A program made the translations under genes and the position numbers. A stretch of 20,742 bases of DNA from an uncultured Chlamydiae bacterium (GTDB taxonomy: Bacteria > Chlamydiota > Chlamydiia > Chlamydiales > Parachlamydiaceae). The stretch spans positions 1 through 20,742 of the forward strand of contig CAWHMU010000022.1 of NCBI GenBank assembly GCA_963830365.1, given 5' to 3'. The notes below the pieces were generated by a model. It did not search any database and was not told the origin of the DNA. It was given only the letters and a program-made list of their open reading frames with translations. This document shows, piece after piece, positions 16,069-20,742 of this stretch (its first letter is position 1; each line of letters begins with the position of its first letter).

Positions 16069-18773
16069 TCTTTCCAATTTTTGCCAATAGCGATATCAAC
16101 AGTTAATGGAATTTTTAACTGAAAAACTCCCTGCATCGCTTCTTTGACTAGCGGTTTAAAGATTTCTATTTCTTCGTCAGGAATTTCGAAGATCAGTTCA
16201 TCATGGATCTGCAAAATCATATAGCCTTTCAGATGCTGTTGAGAAAGTTTTTCATCAATTTTAAGCATAGCCAGTTTGATCATGTCTGCCGCTGCGCCTT
16301 GCACGGGGGTGTTGACGGCCAGGCGCTCGGCCAGCTGGCGCAGCTGTCCATTTTTGCTGCTGATTTCGGGGATGGCGCGTTCCCGGCCGGTGAAGGTGAC
16401 GGCTTTGCCGGTTTTTCGGGCCTGATTTTTGCAATCCTCGAGGAAGTCTCTCACATGGGGGTAGCGTTTGAAATACATATCGATGAAGGCGGCGGCATCT
16501 TTGATGTCGATTTTCAGTTCCTGAGATAGGCCAAAGGCCTGTTGTCCATAGATAATGCCGAAATTGACGGCCTTGGCCTGTTGCCGCTGTTCCTTAGTGA
16601 CCTCTGCCAAAGGGATATTGAACATGGTGGCGGCGGTGAAGCGGTGGATATCTTCGTTGTGGTTAAAGGCGTGCAGCAGATTTGGATCCTGGCTTAAATG
16701 CGCCAACAGGCGCAGTTCGACCTGTGAGTAGTCGGCGGCAAGGTAGCTCCAGCCGGGCAGCTGCGGACGGAAAGCCTGGCGTATTTTGCGTCCTTCTTCG
16801 GTGCGCACCGGGATATTCTGCAGGTTGGGATCCTGGCAGGATAGCCGGCCGGTGGCGGCCACGGATTGATTGAAGGTGCAATGGATGCGTTGGGTCTGGG
16901 GGAGGACATCATCGGGGAGGTTTTCGATGTAGGTGGAACGCAGTTTTTCCAAAGAGCGGTAGTCCAGGATGATGCCGGCGATGGGATATTTATTTTTCAG
17001 CGCATCCAGGATGTCGGCATTGGTGGAGAAACCGGTGGCTGTTTTTTTAGGCAGTGGGATGTGCAGTTTATCTTGCAGGATGTGGCTGAGCTGTTTGGGC
17101 GAATTGAGGTTGAATTCTTCGCCGGCCAGCTGATAGATTTCCTGGGCGATGAGCTGGATTTTGTGTTGGATTTCATGCGACATTTTCTTCAGGCAGGGGA
17201 CATCGACAAAAATGCCGCGCCTTTCCATGCCGGCTAGGACTGTTAGTAGCGGCAACTCGATGTCAAAAAATATTTTTCCAAGTTTTCTTTCGTGCAAGCC
17301 TTTTTCCAGCACGGCTTTTAGGCGGCAGGTGTAGTCGGCATCGGCGCAGCAGTAGGTGCATACCTTATCGATGGGCACATCAAGCATGGTAATGGCTTTT
17401 TTTCCCTTGCCGATCAGCTCGCTGATGTCAGTCATGGCCTGGCCGAAATATTGCAGCACAAGCGTGTCAAGCGAATGTTGGCGGTGGTGCGAATTCAGTA
17501 CATAGGAGGCTAACAGGGTGTCAAAGCAGATGTTGGCCACGTGGATGCCGTAATTGGCCAGCACATGGTAATCGTATTTGACATTATGACCGTAAAAGCC
17601 TAGGGCCTGATTCTCAAAAAGCGGCTTGAAAGCCTCCAGCACGCGATTAAGGCCGAGTGCGCCATTGGCAGGTACATACCAGGCATTATGTGGTTCGAGG
17701 GCAAAGCCGATGCCGACAAGTTCAGCTTTGAGGGGGCGGACATTGGTTGTTTCGGTGTCAAAGCAGATTTCTTTTTTTGTCTGCAGCATGGCGATGAGTG
17801 CTTGCAGGCTCTGTTCGTCATCGACCAGCTGGTAGTTGTCGACAGGTGGCGCTTCTTCAGGGAAGAGGGAGAGCTGCTGGCTGGCGGAATGGGTATGTAT
17901 AGATTGTGCCTGCGTCGATAGGTCGAGCTCTTTGATGAGCGAATTGAAGTTCATACTTGAATAGAACTGTTTCAGTTGGGAAATGTCGGGCTGCTTTAAG
18001 CGATAGAAATTTTCATCATGCGGAATGGGCACGGCGAGATCGATGGTGACAAGCTGCCGGCTGAGCCTGGCTTTATCAGCGTTTTCGATGATGGCGGCAC
18101 GTTTTTTGTCGCCAACGACATCAGCGCTATTGGCGAGTAAATTGTCTAGTGAACCGAACTGCTTGAGCAGCGCCGCGGCCGTTTTAGGTCCGATGCCCGG
18201 CAAGCCCGGCACGTTATCGGAGGCATCGCCCGTCATGGCCAAAAAGTCGATCATCTGGTCGGGGAGCACGCCGTGGATTTCCTCCACCTGCTGAGGACCG
18301 ATGACCAGATTGTCTTTGCGCGTGTTGAGCATAAAGATATGATCTTTAACCAGCTGGCACATGTCTTTATCGCTGGTGCAAAGGTAGGCGCTGGCGCCTG
18401 CCCGGTTGCTGACCCAGGTGGCGATGCTGCCCATGGTGTCATCGGCTTCAACTTCAGGAATATTCAGCCAAGGGATGCCCTGCAGCGTGCAGAATGCCTG
18501 CGCCCAAGCGATCTGATAGGGCAAATCCTGCGGGGCTGCCGAGCGGTGGGCTTTATAGTCCGGATAGATTTCTTCCCGTTTCTTGCCATTATGGGGCCCG
18601 TCGAAGACCGAGACGATATGGGTAGGTTGGAAATCTTTGATCAGCTTAAGTACCGAGCGGATGAAACCATAGAGGGCGTTGGTGGATTCCCCTTTGCTAT
18701 TGGTCATATTGCGGATGGCAAAATAGGCGCTATACAGGTATCCGGAGGCGTCGATGATGAAGATTTTTTGCAT
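16062..18773 (-). CDS. polA: DNA polymerase I
   Basis: 5' nuclease (IIDASG, EADD, GDASDNVPGLPGIGPKTA), 3'-5' exonuclease (FDTET, GHNVKYD, YCCAD), and polymerase motifs DYSQVELR, KAVNFGIIYG and QIHDE. Confidence 0.98.
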   Translation of the reverse strand: MQKIFIIDASGYLYSAYFAIRNMTNSKGESTNALYGFIRSVLKLIKDFQPTHIVSVFDGPHNGKKREEIYPDYKAHRSAAPQDLPYQIAWAQAFCTLQGIPWLNIPEVEADDTMGSIATWVSNRAGASAYLCTSDKDMCQLVKDHIFMLNTRKDNLVIGPQQVEEIHGVLPDQMIDFLAMTGDASDNVPGLPGIGPKTAAALLKQFGSLDNLLANSADVVGDKKRAAIIENADKARLSRQLVTIDLAVPIPHDENFYRLKQPDISQLKQFYSSMNFNSLIKELDLSTQAQSIHTHSASQQLSLFPEEAPPVDNYQLVDDEQSLQALIAMLQTKKEICFDTETTNVRPLKAELVGIGFALEPHNAWYVPANGALGLNRVLEAFKPLFENQALGFYGHNVKYDYHVLANYGIHVANICFDTLLASYVLNSHHRQHSLDTLVLQYFGQAMTDISELIGKGKKAITMLDVPIDKVCTYCCADADYTCRLKAVLEKGLHERKLGKIFFDIELPLLTVLAGMERRGIFVDVPCLKKMSHEIQHKIQLIAQEIYQLAGEEFNLNSPKQLSHILQDKLHIPLPKKTATGFSTNADILDALKNKYPIAGIILDYRSLEKLRSTYIENLPDDVLPQTQRIHCTFNQSVAATGRLSCQDPNLQNIPVRTEEGRKIRQAFRPQLPGWSYLAADYSQVELRLLAHLSQDPNLLHAFNHNEDIHRFTAATMFNIPLAEVTKEQRQQAKAVNFGIIYGQQAFGLSQELKIDIKDAAAFIDMYFKRYPHVRDFLEDCKNQARKTGKAVTFTGRERAIPEISSKNGQLRQLAERLAVNTPVQGAAADMIKLAMLKIDEKLSQQHLKGYMILQIHDELIFEIPDEEIEIFKPLVKEAMQGVFQLKIPLTVDIAIGKNWKEC

Positions 18774-18797
18774 AAATTCTCTGTTGGGATGGGGATC

Positions 18798-18869
18798 CCT
18801 CTCTTCGATTTCTGTGGGCTCTATGGTAGAATTTATAATACCACAGCATACACAGAGATCAAAGAGAGG
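18798..18869. repeat. Imperfect 72-bp hairpin of the CTGTGGT/ACCACAG repeat family between sppA and polA
   Basis: 31-bp arms matching at 24/31 positions with a 10-nt loop. The right arm ACCACAGCATACACAGAGA resembles ACCACAGAGTCACAGAGA at 154-171. Confidence 0.6.
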
Positions 18870-18897
18870 TGAAAGGAATTATGGTGACCAAGCTTTC

Positions 18898-19935
18898 TTA
18901 TGGCCGATAGAGGTATAAATACTGCTGCATTAATTTAGGATGCATGTCCGGTGTCAGTTCGAGTTGGTGCGTGATGCGTCCGCTAAGCAGATCCAATTTC
19001 GCCTTGAACAACTCCGAAATCCAGGATTTGCTTTCCAGGGCGACGACTTGATAGTAATCATCTTTGATTTCGATTTTTTCCGCCAGCAGTTTGATGGTAT
19101 CATTGAGGGTATGGCCGGTCTCATCGATATAGCCATATTCCTTAGCCAGGTTTGCCGGATAAATATTGGCGCCGTAGTCGTTGATCAGTTTTTCTTTGTC
19201 TAATAGTGGGCGGTTGGCAGTCACGATATCCACGAACATGCCATAGTAGTAGGTGATGGCATTTTTGATATTATCCTCTTCTCCCTTATGCCAGGGGCGC
19301 AGTGGATTTAAATTGTCTTTGCCTTTGCCGTCATAGAGCGTCAGCGACTGGATGCCGATTTTATCCATGATCTGTGAGAAATTCAACATTGTGGGCAGGA
19401 TCACGCCCACGCTGCCGATCAGGCTGACATCGCTGGCATAAATTTTATCTGCCGCCGATGCCACATACATGCCCCCTGAAGCGCATAAGCCATCGACATA
19501 GGCATAGACCGGCACTTTGTAGGTTTCTTTATACCTTTTGATGGCGTGGTAGATGCCGTCGGCATCGACGACTGTGCCACCGGGAGTATTGATATACAAC
19601 AGAATGGCTTTGACGCGCTCTTTTAAGGAGCGCTCACGCGATTCTATCAGCTGCTGTTCCACGGCCTTATGCGTGAGCGAATCCAAACCGATGATACCGC
19701 TGATATTGAGCTTGAGGATGACGGGCGCATCTTTGGACAGCTCCTTGCGGATGCCATCGGCATTGGGCTTTATTTCGGGAGTATACGTATAGGCGATTTC
19801 CGGCTCGGCCACGCTGGTGTCTGATATGGCGCCGACAAGGGCGAAGATGACGACAAAGCCGATCAGCAGGCCGGCGACGCCGAATAGGGCCAGGAAAAAC
19901 GCCCGGATGGCAGCCGAAAAGATAGATTCACGCAT
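18898..19935 (-). CDS. sppA: S49-family signal peptide peptidase (SppA/SohB)
   Basis: N-terminal TM helix, AILLYINTPGG, CASGGMYVASAADKIYA (catalytic Ser), GSVGV and GKGKD. Start reassigned to ATG 19935, which has an AAAGGA RBS. Confidence 0.9.
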   Translation of the reverse strand: MRESIFSAAIRAFFLALFGVAGLLIGFVVIFALVGAISDTSVAEPEIAYTYTPEIKPNADGIRKELSKDAPVILKLNISGIIGLDSLTHKAVEQQLIESRERSLKERVKAILLYINTPGGTVVDADGIYHAIKRYKETYKVPVYAYVDGLCASGGMYVASAADKIYASDVSLIGSVGVILPTMLNFSQIMDKIGIQSLTLYDGKGKDNLNPLRPWHKGEEDNIKNAITYYYGMFVDIVTANRPLLDKEKLINDYGANIYPANLAKEYGYIDETGHTLNDTIKLLAEKIEIKDDYYQVVALESKSWISELFKAKLDLLSGRITHQLELTPDMHPKLMQQYLYLYRP

Positions 19936-20200
19936 AAGGGATTCCTTTAGGGAGGAGTTAAAGCATCTTATATATAGATCTCTTGATCTTAAAACACCCG
20001 CCCATTTTTTCAAAGGAAGTTTGCTGAATCATCATTAGCGCGGGGTATATTTCTGGTTCATCCGGTGTTGTAGGCCAAAAAAGAGTTTGGCTCTCTAATC
20101 CCCTGTAGGACTTTCAAATCACAAGCCAGAGCCCAATCCTTAAGTCACCACCCTTGTCATGAGTATTTGAGAGCGTACTCAAATCTGTTAAAGCAAAATG

Positions 20201-20224
20201 TGGTTCATCGCACAAATGAGTACC
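20201..20224 (+). repeat. Left end of a second copy of the MITE-like element
   Basis: TGGTTCATCGCACAAATGAGTACC is 22/24 identical to 12-35. Confidence 0.75.
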
Positions 20225-20338
20225 TGCCCATGATGATTCGTCAAAAAGCCTTAGTAACCTCATTTCCCGTAAGAATTATAACTAGGTACAACACAAGTCA
20301 TTAAACAACAATGCTTTGACACTTAACTTTAAAACTTC

Positions 20339-20382
20339 TTTCCTTTTTTCATGGTTATAATTATAACCATGAAAAAAGGAAA
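20339..20382. promoter_or_regulatory. Perfect 44-bp palindrome covering the -10-like box and RBS of the transposase
   Basis: TTTCCTTTTTTCATGGTTATAA|TTATAACCATGAAAAAAGGAAA has no mismatch and no spacer. It contains TATAAT and AAGGA and ends 4 bp before ATG 20387. Confidence 0.75.
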
Positions 20383-20386
20383 TCAT

Positions 20387-20742
20387 ATGACCTATCGAGT
20401 ACATCAGATAAACAAGAAAACTGGCATTACATATGTTTATGAGGCTGTTTCATGCTGGGATAAGAAAAAAAAACAAGCGCGCAATAAACAGGTGTGCATT
20501 GGCAAACTTGATCCTGCCAACGGAGAATTCGTTCCGGCTAAGCGTCTTGCGCCTGAACAAGCTGCTGTTAGAGATCCGATTATCACAGCATCTGCCGAGA
20601 TAGTAGGATCTTCGATTATTCTCGACACCATCACCGACCAGTTAGGTCTGGAAGGGCTGCTAAAATCCAGCTTTCCTAAGGAGTACCGACAGATTCTAAC
20701 AATGGCTTACTATCTCGTTTCCCAAGGTGGTCCTTTGAGCCA
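20387..20742 (+). CDS. IS1634-family transposase, N-terminal part (absent from the ORF track because it has no stop in the window)
   Basis: Manual translation gives MTYRVHQINKKTGITYVYEAVSCWDKKKKQARNKQVCIGKLDPANGEFVP...LGLEGLLKSSFPKEYRQILTMAYYLV, open to the window end. The YVYE..S.WD....Q.R....IGK.D and LGL..LL...F patterns are characteristic of this family. Confidence 0.8.
   Translation, partial: MTYRVHQINKKTGITYVYEAVSCWDKKKKQARNKQVCIGKLDPANGEFVPAKRLAPEQAAVRDPIITASAEIVGSSIILDTITDQLGLEGLLKSSFPKEYRQILTMAYYLVSQGGPLS

Larger units (their letters stand above)
20258..20742 (+). mobile_element. IS1634-like insertion sequence, left part (truncated by the window end)
   Basis: Transposase ORF from 20387. 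The left end is tentatively placed at CCTCATTTCCCG (20258); the partner repeat is outside the window, so the boundary is unverified. Confidence 0.6.

Noticed and set aside
20316..20361. TTGACA and TATAAT as the transposase promoter
   Set aside because: The spacing is about 34 bp, twice the allowed 16-18 bp.

Overview
This is a bacterial chromosome segment, most likely from an environmental Chlamydiae (Parachlamydiales-like) genome. The assignment is an inference from the sppA/sohB-polA-coaE-rho-hypothetical gene order, the short Obg and the Cys-rich outer-membrane proteins. From left to right it holds: a ~200-bp MITE-like element; two tandem paralogous Cys-rich outer-membrane beta-barrel genes; scpB (5' end apparently frameshifted) and scpA; the tail-specific protease tsp; tRNA-Phe(GAA); a ~3.3-kb accessory stretch; rplU-rpmA-obgE; an SRPBCC gene; the sppA-polA-coaE-rho-hypothetical operon on the minus strand; and the 5' end of an IS1634-like transposase that the ORF track omits. 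The accessory stretch encodes a UPF0158 protein, a Zn-finger protein ending in an SSB-like acidic tail, an M48 metalloprotease and a convergent effector/Inc-like protein. Four things stand out. (i) Both barrels place a Cys in every predicted periplasmic turn, have a 6-Cys N-terminal cluster, and share an upstream palindromic operator candidate. (ii) The Zn-finger protein may mimic the SSB C-terminus. (iii) Several different palindromic DNA elements sit in the intergenic gaps, one of them with compensatory changes. (iv) A perfect 44-bp palindrome covers the transposase RBS. All calls come from reading the sequence by eye; no searches were run.
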